64,000 nt of DNA, from assembly GCA_965219545.1 (NCBI GenBank), contig CBDCNX010000023.1, positions 1-64,000 on the forward strand, in the 5' to 3' direction. The first letter of the stretch is position 1. The number at the start of each line of letters is the position of its first letter. The notes under the pieces are model-generated. The model was not told where the DNA came from. It made no database searches and saw only the letters and a program-made list of their open reading frames with translations. Origin of the DNA: Bdellovibrionales bacterium. GTDB lineage: Bacteria > Bdellovibrionota > Bdellovibrionia > Bdellovibrionales > JAGQZY01. The position numbers and the translations under genes are program-made. Below, one piece after another: positions 49,544-60,285 of the stretch.

Positions 49544-50645
49544 ATGAGCCTTCTCATCACAGGGGGGGCTGGATTTATAGGTTCCAACTTCATTCATCAC
49601 TGGCTAAAAAATAATGACGAACAGATTATCAATCTGGATAAACTCACCTACGCCGGAAATTTGGGAAATCTTTCCACATTAAAAAATGATCCCCGTCATA
49701 TTTTTGTTCAAGGGGATATCAACGACTTCCCACTGGTTGCCAATTTACTGGAAAAACACAAACCCCGAATCATTATCAACTTTGCTGCGGAGTCCCATGT
49801 AGACCGCTCCATTCAGGGTCCCGATGCCTTTATCCAGACCAATATTATGGGAACCTTTCAGCTTCTAAAAGCCGCTCTGGCTTACTGGCAAAATCTTCCA
49901 AAACCTTCTGAAAAAAAACGGCGGAGATCATCCCCTGGGTCAAAACACTTTTTGTTTCATCCACGTTTCAACCGATGAGGTTTATGGTTCCCTGAAGCCT
50001 GATGACCCGGCCTTTACAGAGGAAAATAACTACAAACCCAACAGTCCCTACAGTGCCAGTAAAGCCTCTTCGGATCACCTGGTCCGCTCCTATTATCACA
50101 CCTATGGACTTCCAACCGTTATCACCAACTGTTCCAACAATTACGGCCCCTACCAGTTTCCTGAAAAACTCATTCCCCTGATAATTCAAAACGCACTGAA
50201 TGGAAAAAATCTTCCCATTTACGGGGATGGACAGCAGATCAGGGACTGGCTCTATGTGATTGACCACTGCAAGGCTCTGTGCCGTGTCCTTGAAGCAGGA
50301 AAACCCGGTGAAGTCTACAACATAGGGGGATTTAACGAAAAAACCAACCTTGAAATCGTTCACACTCTCTGTGAGCTTCTTGATGAAAAACATCCCCTGT
50401 CCCAGGGACAGTCCTACAAAAATCAGATCAGCTTTGTTAAAGACCGCCCCGGACACGACCGGCGATACGCCATTGACAGCCATAAAATAAAAAGGGAACT
50501 TTACTGGATGCCCGAAGAAACCCTTGAAACCGGTCTTGAAAAAACCCTTGAATGGTATCTGGATAACCAAAACTGGGCCAAACAGACCATGACCCGTGAA
50601 TCCTACCAAAGCTGGATAAATACCCAATACGCTGATCCTGTTTGA
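49544..50645 (+). CDS. rfbB: dTDP-glucose 4,6-dehydratase, one apparent frameshift near position 49920
   Basis: [16 protein letters not shown]...; after an A8 run the frame switches to STDEVYGSL...[15 protein letters not shown]...[17 protein letters not shown]..., the RfbB catalytic YxxxK region. Confidence 0.8.
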
Positions 50646-50725
50646 ATTCCAGGAAAAGATCATTTATTCTGAGCCGGATTTTTTATAATAAGAAGATTTG
50701 TTTAAAATAAATAATCTGACAACGC

Positions 50726-51661
50726 ATGAAGATATTACTTTTTGGAAAAAACGGACAAATTGGCCGTGAATTACAGAAATCTCTGACTCCTCTTGGAGAA
50801 ATTAAAACCCATGACAGTCAGACAGCAAATTTTGAAGACAGTCAAAATCTTCGAAACATTATTACCAACTATGTTCCCAATATCATTATCAATGCGGCAG
50901 CCTACACGGCTGTGGATAAGGCCGAATCCGAATTTGACAAGGCCAAACAGATCAATGGAGTTGCTGTCAGAATTTTGGCGGAAGAGGCTAAAAAACTCAA
51001 AGCCTGGTTGATTCACTATTCCACTGACTATGTTTTTGACGGAGAAAAAACAGAACCTTATCTGGAAACAGATCTTCCCAACCCACTGAACGCTTATGGA
51101 AAAACAAAACTTCTGGGGGAACAGGCTGTACAAGAGATCAATGGTCATTTTCTGATTTTTCGCATCAGTGGGGTTTATTCCTCCCATGGATCCAATTTCC
51201 TAAAAACCATTCTTCACCTTGCCAAAAAAAAGAATGAAATCAACGTGGTCTCAGATCAGTTCAGCACCCCCACCAGTGCCAAATTCATTGCTGATACAAC
51301 AGCTTTGATTGTTGATCGTATCTGGAATGTATCCTTTCAGGATAGGGGAAAGAATAAAAACAGAGATTCAAAACAAATCTGCGGAATTTATCACTTAACG
51401 CCCCCTGGAAAAGTGAGTTGGTATGATTTTGCAAGCTACATTATTAACCAGGCCGTGGAAAACAAAATGACTTTACAGCTAAAACCCAATGGTATAAATC
51501 CCATTCCTGCCACCAGCTATCCATCGCCAACAAAACGACCAAGGGACTCGCGACTTGATTCCACAAAGATATCAAAAATCTTTGGAATCAGGCTCCCTGA
51601 ATGGCAAACCCATATTCAGGAATTTATCAAAAAATGGGCTTTGGAAGAGGAAAAGACATGA
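50726..51661 (+). CDS. rfbD: dTDP-4-dehydrorhamnose reductase
   Basis: [17 protein letters not shown]... 311 aa, RmlD-like. Confidence 0.8.
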   Translation: MKILLFGKNGQIGRELQKSLTPLGEIKTHDSQTANFEDSQNLRNIITNYVPNIIINAAAYTAVDKAESEFDKAKQINGVAVRILAEEAKKLKAWLIHYSTDYVFDGEKTEPYLETDLPNPLNAYGKTKLLGEQAVQEINGHFLIFRISGVYSSHGSNFLKTILHLAKKKNEINVVSDQFSTPTSAKFIADTTALIVDRIWNVSFQDRGKNKNRDSKQICGIYHLTPPGKVSWYDFASYIINQAVENKMTLQLKPNGINPIPATSYPSPTKRPRDSRLDSTKISKIFGIRLPEWQTHIQEFIKKWALEEEKT

Positions 51662-52527
51662 AACGAAAGGGCATCATACTGGCCGGGGGACATGGAACCA
51701 GGCTCTACCCTGTAACGCAGGTAGTCTCAAAGCAACTGCTACCCATTTTTGACAAACCCATGATCTATTACCCCCTATCCATACTGATGCTCACAGGAAT
51801 CAGGGAAATCCTTGTGATCTCAACCCCCCAGGATTTTCCAAGTTTCAAAAGGCTCTTAGGTGACGGCTCCCAATGGGGGTTAAGTATTGAACATCGCATA
51901 CAAAATGCCCCTGAAGGACTGGCCCAGGCTTTTATTATCGGAGAATCCTTTATCGGTGAAAATCCCTCAGCCCTCATCCTTGGAGATAATATCTTTTATA
52001 GTCATTCCATCAATCAAATCCTGGATTCAGCCAATAACCGCCAGGAGGGAGCCACAATCTTTGGATATCATGTGAGAGACCCGGAACGCTACGGTATTGT
52101 GGAGTTTAACAAAGAGGGAAAAGTTTTTGGAATTGAAGAAAAACCAAAACAACCCAAATCCAACTATGCTATCACCGGTCTTTATTTTTATGACTCAAAG
52201 GTTGTGGAATATGCCAAAGGACTCAAACCCTCAAAACGAGGAGAATATGAAATCACTGATTTAAACAAATGCTATTTGAAGGAAAAAAATCTTTTTCTTG
52301 AAGTTATGGGACGAGGTTATACCTGGCTGGATACAGGGACCCATGAGAGTTTGCTTGAAGCCAATCAGTTTGTTCAGGCCATCGAACACCGTCAGGGGCT
52401 GAAAATTGCCTGTCTGGAGGAAATTGCCCTAAAAAAAGGCTGGATCAGTGCTGATGAAGTAAAAAAACTGGCCTTTCAGAAAAAAGCGAGCCACTATGGG
52501 CAGTATTTAATGGGGCTGGTGGAATAG
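51659..52527 (+). CDS. rfbA: glucose-1-phosphate thymidylyltransferase
   Basis: [20 protein letters not shown]...LGDNIFY...YGIVEF... RmlA signature; start overlaps the rfbD stop. Confidence 0.85.
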
Positions 52528-52608
52528 AAAAATCAGTTATTTTTGATTCAATTTTATGAAATAATGTGAAAAATAAATATTTTTTAATTCAAAAAGGAGC
52601 ATTTATCC

Positions 52609-53160
52609 GTGACTTTTAAATCACTTTCCATTCCTGATATTATCCTGTTTGAACCGGGAGTCTTCAAAGACCATCGGGGATTTTTTTTTGAAAGTTACAA
52701 TCAAAAAATTTTCCATAAAGCCACTGGATTTTCTCCCACATTTGTGCAGGACAATCATTCCCAATCCACCAAGGGTGTTTTGCGTGGATTGCACTATCAG
52801 ATCAACCCCCAGGCCCAGGGAAAACTGGTCCGGGTGATCCAGGGGGAGGTTCTTGATGTGGCTGTGGATCTTCAAAAAAGCTCCCCCTCTTTTGGAAAAT
52901 GGGTGGGGGAAATCCTTTCAGGGGAAAACAAAAAACAACTCTGGATCCCCAAAGGCTTTGCCCACGGTTTTGTCACACTTTCCGAAAAAGCGGAACTTCT
53001 TTACAAGGTTACTGATTATTATAGCAAAGACCTTGAACGTTGTATCCACTGGAAAGACCCACAATTGAACATCGACTGGAAAATGAAAGAAAAGGATATC
53101 TTCCTTTCTGAAAAGGACTCCCAGGGAACAAACCTGTCCAAAGCGGAAGTATTTTCCTGA
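52609..53160 (+). CDS. rfbC: dTDP-4-dehydrorhamnose 3,5-epimerase
   Basis: 183 aa; FFESYNQ...RGLHYQ...QGKLVRV..G.VLDVAVDLQK... RmlC motifs. Confidence 0.85.
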   Translation: MTFKSLSIPDIILFEPGVFKDHRGFFFESYNQKIFHKATGFSPTFVQDNHSQSTKGVLRGLHYQINPQAQGKLVRVIQGEVLDVAVDLQKSSPSFGKWVGEILSGENKKQLWIPKGFAHGFVTLSEKAELLYKVTDYYSKDLERCIHWKDPQLNIDWKMKEKDIFLSEKDSQGTNLSKAEVFS

Positions 53161-53236
53161 CAAATTATTGATAATATTCCTTTAATCAGGAATTGACCAG
53201 GTCAATCTCTTCATCTATATAGAAACTGGTTTGAAT

Positions 53237-53310
53237 TATACTGATTCCATTTGAATTTTCGGTTGTTTTCAGGAGAGAAAAACTCCGAAAATTCAGACGG
53301 GATCAGCATA
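53237..53310. repeat. short hairpin member of the TATACTGA family
   Basis: tatactgattccatttgaattttcgg...ccgaaaattcagacgggatcagcata; about 26-bp inverted arms with family termini. Confidence 0.6.
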
Positions 53311-53351
53311 AGGTGATCTGAGGTAAAATCAATCCGGGAGAAAGTTTCCAA

Positions 53352-54170
53352 ATGCAGTTTATCAATAAATCCGCCCTGGATATAAAATCCACCGACTTTA
53401 TAAATAACAAACCTTATTCACACATAGTCATCGATCATTTTTTTCATCTGGATACTGCAAAAAAACTTTCAAAGAGTTTTCCGGACTATAATAATAAATG
53501 CTGGCATATCTATAAAAACGCCATAGAGGACAAAAAGACTCTCAATACCTGGAATCACTTTGATTCTCTCCAGTACAAAGTGTTTTCAGAATTAAATTCT
53601 CCTGAGTTCATCCATTTTCTGAAAAAAATCAGTGACAGTCAGCTGTATCCAGATCACGGTCTTCACGGGGGGGGTCTTCATATCCACTCAGATGAGGGAA
53701 ACCTAAATCCCCACCTTGATTATTCCATACACCCCAAAACAGGACTGCAACGAAAAATCAATGTCATTGTCTACCTTGAAACTGATTTCAGGGAAGAATA
53801 CGGTGGAGCTTTTGGCTTATGGTCCCCATCCAGTCAACCTGACAAGCCTGGAGAGTTAGTGAAAAAAGTGATTCCATTTTTTAACCGGGCCGTTATTATT
53901 GATACCACCCAAAACTCATGGCACGGAATGTGTCAAAAACTCACCCTCCCCAAAGGAAAGTACAGAAAAAGTTTTGCATCCTATTACCTGCAGGTCCCAA
54001 AAATGAATGCGGAATCAAGAACAAGAGCCCTTTTTGCCCCAAGAAAAGATCAAATGGATAATAAGGATGTTCTGGAGTTGATAAGATTGAGATCAAAAGA
54101 AGGAGTCCATTCAAAAGCTTATGTATCCAGTTTGGGATTAAAATCAAATGAAAAGGAGAACTCTGCTTAA
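53352..54170 (+). CDS. putative 2OG-Fe(II) oxygenase superfamily protein in the glycan locus
   Basis: HIHSDEGNLNPHLDYSIHP...INVIVYLETDF...GGAFGLW suggests an HxD...H facial triad/jelly-roll; weak. Confidence 0.35.
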   Translation: MQFINKSALDIKSTDFINNKPYSHIVIDHFFHLDTAKKLSKSFPDYNNKCWHIYKNAIEDKKTLNTWNHFDSLQYKVFSELNSPEFIHFLKKISDSQLYPDHGLHGGGLHIHSDEGNLNPHLDYSIHPKTGLQRKINVIVYLETDFREEYGGAFGLWSPSSQPDKPGELVKKVIPFFNRAVIIDTTQNSWHGMCQKLTLPKGKYRKSFASYYLQVPKMNAESRTRALFAPRKDQMDNKDVLELIRLRSKEGVHSKAYVSSLGLKSNEKENSA

Positions 54171-54276
54171 ATTTCTGCTTATAGAAGAAACCATGAAATT
54201 TTTAAAACAAATTGTAAAACAGATTTCCAACAGTTAAAAATATGAAAAAATCAAACATTACCAAAAAGCGAGTGTC

Positions 54277-55089
54277 ATGAAAGAAACTGTCATTTCCCCT
54301 GAAAACTTTAAAAAAATGGCCATGAGTGATTTGTGGGAGGGACTTATATCTCCATCCTTGTGGTGGAACTTTTCAGTTCACGATATCAAACAAAGATTCA
54401 GGCGTTCCGTTCTTGGTCCTTTCTGGTTAACGCTGAGTCTTGGAATAATGATTGGAACTCTGGGGTTTATTAACTCCAGACTTTTCAATCAGGACATCAT
54501 GAAAGCTCTTCCAACCATTGCCATTGGTATTATATTTTGGAATCTTTTTACCTGCATTTTGATAGAAGGAGCCAGCACCTTTGTGGAAGCCCAAAGTTAT
54601 ATTTGCAATGTTCCTACTCCCCTCAGTGTTCATTTTTATCGCACAGTTTCAAGAAATCTTATTATCTGGGGACATAATATGATTATCTACCTTTTTATAT
54701 TTGTTTTTTTGGATAAAAATTTTTTCTTAAATTATCTTCTCTTCATCCCTGGTTTTTTTCTGTTCCTTTTGACCTGCTGCTGGCTTGGACTGTTTATAGG
54801 AATCATCTCAACCAGATTCAGGGATATTCCACAAATTGTTATTAACTTATTGCAGGTTTTGTTCTTTATAACACCTGTTTTCTGGACGGTGAGTTCCTTT
54901 AAGGTTCGTCCTGTTTTTGTGACATGGAATCCCCTTCATCACCTTTTAGATATTGTACGTTCTCCTCTTCTGGGAAAAACTCCTGAAAACATCTCCTGGA
55001 TGATAATATTTATTTCTGCAATTATAGGTGCCATTTTAACTTTGGCACTTTATAAACGAACTTACTCACGCATCCCTTATTGGGTCTAG
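54277..55089 (+). CDS. wzm: ABC-2 type polysaccharide export permease
   Basis: 270 aa; 6 TMs; ABC-2 permease architecture; paired with the downstream ATPase. Confidence 0.7.
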   Translation: MKETVISPENFKKMAMSDLWEGLISPSLWWNFSVHDIKQRFRRSVLGPFWLTLSLGIMIGTLGFINSRLFNQDIMKALPTIAIGIIFWNLFTCILIEGASTFVEAQSYICNVPTPLSVHFYRTVSRNLIIWGHNMIIYLFIFVFLDKNFFLNYLLFIPGFFLFLLTCCWLGLFIGIISTRFRDIPQIVINLLQVLFFITPVFWTVSSFKVRPVFVTWNPLHHLLDIVRSPLLGKTPENISWMIIFISAIIGAILTLALYKRTYSRIPYWV

Positions 55090-55099
55090 GTGATAAAAC

Positions 55100-55807
55100 A
55101 TGGTTCAGGTATCCATTAAAAACATTTCTGTGGAATTCAAAATTTACGGCCAAAGCTCAAGGTCCCTGAAGAAAAAATTATTGAATCAGGTAACAGGGGG
55201 AGTCATAGATTATGATAAGGATGCCATCACTGTTAAAGCCATTGACTCCTTTTCCCTTGAACTCAAAGAAGGCGACAGGGTGGGTCTTACAGGACATAAT
55301 GGGGCTGGCAAAAGCACTCTTTTAAGAGTTATAGCGGGTATTTATAAACCCACGTCGGGAACTATTATTATAAGGGGGACTGTCGGAACACTGATTGATA
55401 TGACAGCGGGAATGGACCCGGAAGCCACAGGAGTGGAAAACATTTATTTAAGAGGTTACATCCTTGGTATGAGTAAAAAGAAAATCCAGAGTCTTATTGA
55501 CGAAATTAGGGATTTTACAGGCCTTGGAAATTTTATCAGCCTTCCTGTTAAAACCTATTCTGCGGGAATGACCTCCAGGCTCAGTTTAGCCATTTCCACT
55601 TCCATTTCTCCTGACATTTTAGTTGTGGACGAAGCCATTGGGGCCGGAGATGGAGAGTTTCAGGAACGAGCTCTAGCCCGCATCAATGAGTTTAAAAGCA
55701 AAGTTAAAATACTTATCATGGCACATCATGATGAAAATTTCTTAAAACCTTATTGTAACAGGATTATTCAACTTAAAAGTGGAAAAATTAATCCTCCACT
55801 AATTTAG
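55100..55807 (+). CDS. wzt: polysaccharide export ABC transporter ATP-binding protein
   Basis: Walker A GHNGAGKST, ABC signature LSAGMTSRLSLA, Walker B ILVVDEA; 235 aa (no C-terminal carbohydrate-binding domain). Confidence 0.8.
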   Translation: MVQVSIKNISVEFKIYGQSSRSLKKKLLNQVTGGVIDYDKDAITVKAIDSFSLELKEGDRVGLTGHNGAGKSTLLRVIAGIYKPTSGTIIIRGTVGTLIDMTAGMDPEATGVENIYLRGYILGMSKKKIQSLIDEIRDFTGLGNFISLPVKTYSAGMTSRLSLAISTSISPDILVVDEAIGAGDGEFQERALARINEFKSKVKILIMAHHDENFLKPYCNRIIQLKSGKINPPLI

Positions 55808-55898
55808 TGGACACAAGATTTGGTGTTAAAGTCTTCGTGAAAGATGATATTAAAGGCCATGGCAACAAAACAATTGCAGCAAGAGGATTTTAAATAAT

Positions 55899-56897
55899 AT
55901 GGATATTCTTGTCACAGGAGGTGCCGGTTTTATTGGTTCAAATATCGCTGCTCAACTTCTCCAAGCGGGTTATAAGCCTATCATTATTGATGATCTTTCA
56001 AACGGTCACAAAAAAACTGTTCCTCAGGGAGTTCCTTTGTATGTAGCCAGTATAGGTGATTCCCGGTTTTTGGAAAAATTTTTCAAAAAACATAGAATCA
56101 AAACAGTGATCCACTGTGCAGCCTTTATCAGTGTTGAAGAATCAATGAATAACCCTTCCCGATACTATCAGAACAACCTGGCTTGCTCCATTACCTTGCT
56201 AAGAGCCTGTGAAGCCGCAGGTGTTAAGTTTTTTGTGTTTTCATCTTCTGCTGCTGTTTACGGACAACCCGATGAGATTCCCGTGAAGGAAACAGCCCTG
56301 ACTTCACCTGTTAATCCCTATGGTGAAACCAAGCTTATGTTTGAAAAGATTTTGCATGATTCATGTACTTTGTCTTCATCAAAAATGAATTATGTCATTT
56401 GCAGATATTTCAATGTAGCCGGAGCAGATTTGAAAAGTCTCAGGGGTCAATTCACAAAAAAGGCTTTTCATCTTATCAAAATCGCTTGCCAGGCGGCTTC
56501 CGGTCACAGGGATCATGTCAAAATATATGGTGTTAATTATCCAACCCGTGATGGGACCTGTATCAGGGACTTTATACATATTGAGGATCTGGCAGAGGCC
56601 CATGTCCGGATGGTTGAGTATCTCCAAAATGGTGGAACTCCTGAAATATTCAACTGTGGATATGGCCGAGGTTTTTCAGTTAGAGAGGTTTTGGAAACAA
56701 TGAGAAGGGTCAGCGACGTTGACTTTAAAATCGTGGAATCGGAACGTCGATCCGGAGATCCTGCCCAACTTGTGGCCGAAACAGAAAAAATCCGGAAAAT
56801 TTTGGGTTGGTCGCCAAAATTTAATGATTTGTCTTTTATTTGCAAAACGGCTCTGAAGTGGGAACACAGACTTCAAAATGAATTTTGTAAGAAATAA
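55899..56897 (+). CDS. galE: UDP-glucose 4-epimerase
   Basis: [15 protein letters not shown]...; YxxxK region; 332 aa SDR extended family. Confidence 0.8.
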   Translation: MDILVTGGAGFIGSNIAAQLLQAGYKPIIIDDLSNGHKKTVPQGVPLYVASIGDSRFLEKFFKKHRIKTVIHCAAFISVEESMNNPSRYYQNNLACSITLLRACEAAGVKFFVFSSSAAVYGQPDEIPVKETALTSPVNPYGETKLMFEKILHDSCTLSSSKMNYVICRYFNVAGADLKSLRGQFTKKAFHLIKIACQAASGHRDHVKIYGVNYPTRDGTCIRDFIHIEDLAEAHVRMVEYLQNGGTPEIFNCGYGRGFSVREVLETMRRVSDVDFKIVESERRSGDPAQLVAETEKIRKILGWSPKFNDLSFICKTALKWEHRLQNEFCKK

Positions 56898-57005
56898 TAG
56901 TTGACATCTTTTAGAAAAAACCAAATAAGTTCCATTACAACTAACCGACTAAAAACAGTCAGATCAATTTGGAAATAACAATGCTAACATTCAATCAAAA
57001 ATAAA

Positions 57006-57914
57006 ATGGATAAAATGACCTGTCGAGTTTGCTCGAATCATGAATTAATTTCCACTGAATTGGGAGGTAATAAACTCCACTATTGTCATAATTGTGGCAT
57101 TGTAAACAACTTTAGCTTTGAACCGAGTAAAGAAGAGCTATCAAAACAGATTGATGCCAATGACAACTTCTGGAACAACCATTCTCACAGTGAATTACTA
57201 AAGATACGTAGCGGATTAGATGGAGTAACCAAAAATATCCTGACTTGGTCAAAAGATATTAGTTCACATGAAAAAAACTCCATTGACTTTGTTGACATAG
57301 GAGCCGGGCCTGGATCATTAACCTCCAGCTTATTAAATTCAGGGCAAATTGGCTATGCAGTTGAACCCTCTCGTTTCCTTTGTGGAATTGCAGAAAATAC
57401 TTTTAAAATAGATCGCAGCAATCTGATTAACAAACCTGCACAAGAAGCACTCCAAAATCTAAAACAATCAGGAGTCAAAGTTCGGTATTTGATATTTTGG
57501 CACTCACTTGAGCATATTTCGGGCTTCAAAGACATTCTAAAAATATGTAAAGAAATCTTAGTAGATGACGGTCGGATCATTGTGCAATTGCCAGGACTTT
57601 TGAAAGATCATATTTTCCCCGAACATCTGTTTTTTGTCGATGATTTCTCAATAGCTAATTTTGGAACAGCAAATGGCTTCTCTTTAGTAAAGCAGGAAAT
57701 TGACTATTCAAATTTTTTCTTTACAGGCATATTTGAAATACAAAAAACATTATCTGTACCTCTTTCTACCCGCAGCTATTCCGCTTTTTTGGAAAAGTTC
57801 ACATCTTTGTTAAGTGAGACAGTAGATCTTTTAAAGTCTGAACGTGACCACATAAAAAACCGCCCGATAAAAAATCTACTTTTACATATGAAACGCAAGA
57901 TAAAAATATTATAG
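57006..57914 (+). CDS. Zn-ribbon plus class I SAM-dependent methyltransferase (copy 1)
   Basis: CRVCSNHEL...HYCHNCG (CxxC...CxxC) N-terminus; VDIGAGPGSLTS methyltransferase motif I. Confidence 0.65.
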   Translation: MDKMTCRVCSNHELISTELGGNKLHYCHNCGIVNNFSFEPSKEELSKQIDANDNFWNNHSHSELLKIRSGLDGVTKNILTWSKDISSHEKNSIDFVDIGAGPGSLTSSLLNSGQIGYAVEPSRFLCGIAENTFKIDRSNLINKPAQEALQNLKQSGVKVRYLIFWHSLEHISGFKDILKICKEILVDDGRIIVQLPGLLKDHIFPEHLFFVDDFSIANFGTANGFSLVKQEIDYSNFFFTGIFEIQKTLSVPLSTRSYSAFLEKFTSLLSETVDLLKSERDHIKNRPIKNLLLHMKRKIKIL

Positions 57915-58019
57915 TTGACATCTTTTAGAAAAAACCAAATAAGTTCCATTACAACTAACCGACTAAAAACAGTCAGATCAATTTGGAAATAACAATGCTA
58001 ACATTCAATCAAAAATAAA

Positions 58020-59036
58020 ATGGATAAAATGACCTGTCGAGTTTGCTCGAATCATGAATTAATTTCCACTGAATTGGGAGGTAATAAACTCCACTATTGT
58101 CATAATTGTGGCATTGTAAACAACTTTAGCTTTGAACCGAGTAAAGAAGAGCTATCAAAACAGATTGATCTCCATGACAACTTTTGGGGCAACCATTCCC
58201 AAAGTGAATTACTAAAGATACGCAGTGAATCAGATGGAGTGGCCAAAAATATCCTGACTTGGTCAAAAGATATTAGTTCACATGAAAAAAACTCCATTGA
58301 CTTTGTTGATATAGGAGCCGGGCATGGATCATTAACCTCCAGCTTATTAAATTCAGGGCAAATTGGCTATGCAGTTGAACCCTCTCATTTCCTTTGTGGA
58401 ATTGCAGAAAATACTTTTAAAATAGATCGCAGCAATCTGATTAACGAACCTGCACAAGAAGCACTCCAAAATCTAAAACAATCAGGAGTCAAAGTTCGGT
58501 ATTTGATATTTTGGCACTCACTTGAGCATATTTCGGGCTTCAAAGATGTTTTAAAAATATGCAAAGAAATCTTAGTAGATGACGGTCGGATCATTGTGCA
58601 ATTGCCAGGACTTTTGAAAGATCATATTTTCCCCGAACATCTGTTTTTTGTCGATGATTTCTCAATAGCTAATTTTGGAACGGCAAATGGCTTCTCTTTA
58701 GTAAAGCAGGAATTTGACTATTCAAATTTTTTCTTTACAGGTATATTTGAACTACAAAAAATGTTATCTGTACCTCTTTCTACCCGCAGCTATTCCGCTT
58801 TTTTGGAAAAGTTCACGTCTTTGTTAAGTGAGACAGTAGATCTTTTAAAGTCCGAGCGTGATCATGCGTGCCACTTGGCTTTGGAACGATTCGATGCCAT
58901 GAAACAAATGACATCAGATTTTGAAGTCTTAAAGTCTGAATCTGAAGTTTTAAAGTCTGAATGTGACCACATAAAAAACCACCCGATAAAAAATCTAATT
59001 TGGTATATGAAATGCAAGATAAAAACATTACGGTAG
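58020..59036 (+). CDS. Zn-ribbon plus class I SAM-dependent methyltransferase (copy 2, with C-terminal coiled-coil insertion)
   Basis: Same as copy 1 with about 20 substitutions, plus the extra segment HACHLALERFDAMKQMTSDFEVLKSESEVLKSECDH. Confidence 0.65.
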   Translation: MDKMTCRVCSNHELISTELGGNKLHYCHNCGIVNNFSFEPSKEELSKQIDLHDNFWGNHSQSELLKIRSESDGVAKNILTWSKDISSHEKNSIDFVDIGAGHGSLTSSLLNSGQIGYAVEPSHFLCGIAENTFKIDRSNLINEPAQEALQNLKQSGVKVRYLIFWHSLEHISGFKDVLKICKEILVDDGRIIVQLPGLLKDHIFPEHLFFVDDFSIANFGTANGFSLVKQEFDYSNFFFTGIFELQKMLSVPLSTRSYSAFLEKFTSLLSETVDLLKSERDHACHLALERFDAMKQMTSDFEVLKSESEVLKSECDHIKNHPIKNLIWYMKCKIKTLR

Positions 59037-60253
59037 GATGGTATGTACCAAAATTAATTGACGGTTCCGGCGGACTAAGAACTGTTTTTGCAATGGCTGA
59101 TGCATTGCAAAACTGCATAAAGACTGTGATCTTTCTCGAAGACAGTCTCAAGAACCCTTCTAAAGAGATATTTTCCAAATATGGCTTTACCTTTGACGAA
59201 GTCTATTCCTCATGGCGGGATAATATAAAAATTGATATTGCCATTGCCACAATTTGGTATTCAGCCCCTTTCGTTGCTCATTTAAACTGCAAGCACAAAT
59301 TTTATTTTGTCCAAGACTATGAATCTTACTTTTACAATGTTAGTGATGCCTATCTTATGGCAGAAAATACTTATAAGTTGGATTTGAAAATCATAACGAT
59401 GGGAAAATGGTTGTCACATAAGCTTTACGGAACAAGTAAAACCCCATGTATTCCTGTCGAATTCGGTGTTGATAAAAGTATCTATTTCAACTCCAAAGAA
59501 GACTCCACAAATAAGCCTCGCCCTTCTGTATGTTTCATCAATCAACCCGACAAACCCCGTAGATGTAGTAGATTGGGCATTGAAGCTCTTGGTATTTTAA
59601 AACATAATAATCCTGAAGTTGATATTTATCTTTACGGCTCTCATCCCTCTCTATCAAAACATGTTTGGTTTAAACACAAAAATCTTGGATTGATCGATGT
59701 CCATGAATGTGCAAAACTTTATAACCAAACCACTCTTGGATTGTGTATCAGCTCTACAAACCCATCCCGTATACCCTTTGAGATGATGTCAACAGGCCTT
59801 CCCACCGTGGACATTTACAGGGAAAACAATCTTTTCGATTACCCTGATGATACAATCACTTTGGCACATCAAACTCCTGAATCCATCGCTGAGGCCCTTC
59901 AGACACTTATTCATTCCCAAGAGCTTCGTGAAATTCGTTCACGGAAATCCGAAATGTTCATGGCAAAAAAAACCCAAAATTCTGAGGGTAAACAATTTGC
60001 AGATGCTGTTATGAATGAACTCAATGGCAAGACTATTGAAACACAAAAGGTTGCAAGAACATATTTTCAACCCCCTATTAAGGCAAAAGTATCCACACCA
60101 TTATATGGTGGCACCTATCAAAAACAAGGTTCATTAAAAACTATCAAGTCGCTGTATTCATTTTTTATTCGATTGCTTCCCAATGCTATTTCACAACCTA
60201 TCGATCGATATATGCGACTGGCCTGGACATGGTACAGGGAGTATAAGAAGTAA
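59000..60253 (+). CDS. glycosyltransferase (WsaF-like rhamnosyltransferase family, putative)
   Basis: 417 aa with no signal peptide; two-lobe GT-B-like organisation; lies in the glycan locus. Weak motif support. Confidence 0.4.
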   Translation: MVYEMQDKNITVGWYVPKLIDGSGGLRTVFAMADALQNCIKTVIFLEDSLKNPSKEIFSKYGFTFDEVYSSWRDNIKIDIAIATIWYSAPFVAHLNCKHKFYFVQDYESYFYNVSDAYLMAENTYKLDLKIITMGKWLSHKLYGTSKTPCIPVEFGVDKSIYFNSKEDSTNKPRPSVCFINQPDKPRRCSRLGIEALGILKHNNPEVDIYLYGSHPSLSKHVWFKHKNLGLIDVHECAKLYNQTTLGLCISSTNPSRIPFEMMSTGLPTVDIYRENNLFDYPDDTITLAHQTPESIAEALQTLIHSQELREIRSRKSEMFMAKKTQNSEGKQFADAVMNELNGKTIETQKVARTYFQPPIKAKVSTPLYGGTYQKQGSLKTIKSLYSFFIRLLPNAISQPIDRYMRLAWTWYREYKK

Positions 60254-60285
60254 AAAAGTAGTCGAAGGACTGGGGGTTACGAATT

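Larger units (their letters stand above)
56898..59036 (+). repeat. tandem duplication of about 1.0 kb (unit 1 56898-57912; unit 2 57913-about 59036, about 97% identical, with a roughly 110 bp insertion near the 3' end)
   Basis: The string tagttgacatcttttagaaaaaaccaaataagttccattacaactaaccgactaaaaacagtcagatcaatttggaaataacaatgctaacattcaatcaaaaataaaatggataaaatgacctgtcgagtttgc occurs at 56898 and again at 57913. The downstream coding sequence is nearly identical. Confidence 0.85.

Noticed and set aside
49968-50663. 231-aa minus-strand ORF opposite rfbB, and other antisense ORFs in the rfb region (50771-51187, 52621-52875, 52918-53163)
   Set aside because: They lie antisense to strongly conserved rfbB/rfbD/rfbC frames and are Gly/Phe-rich translation shadows.
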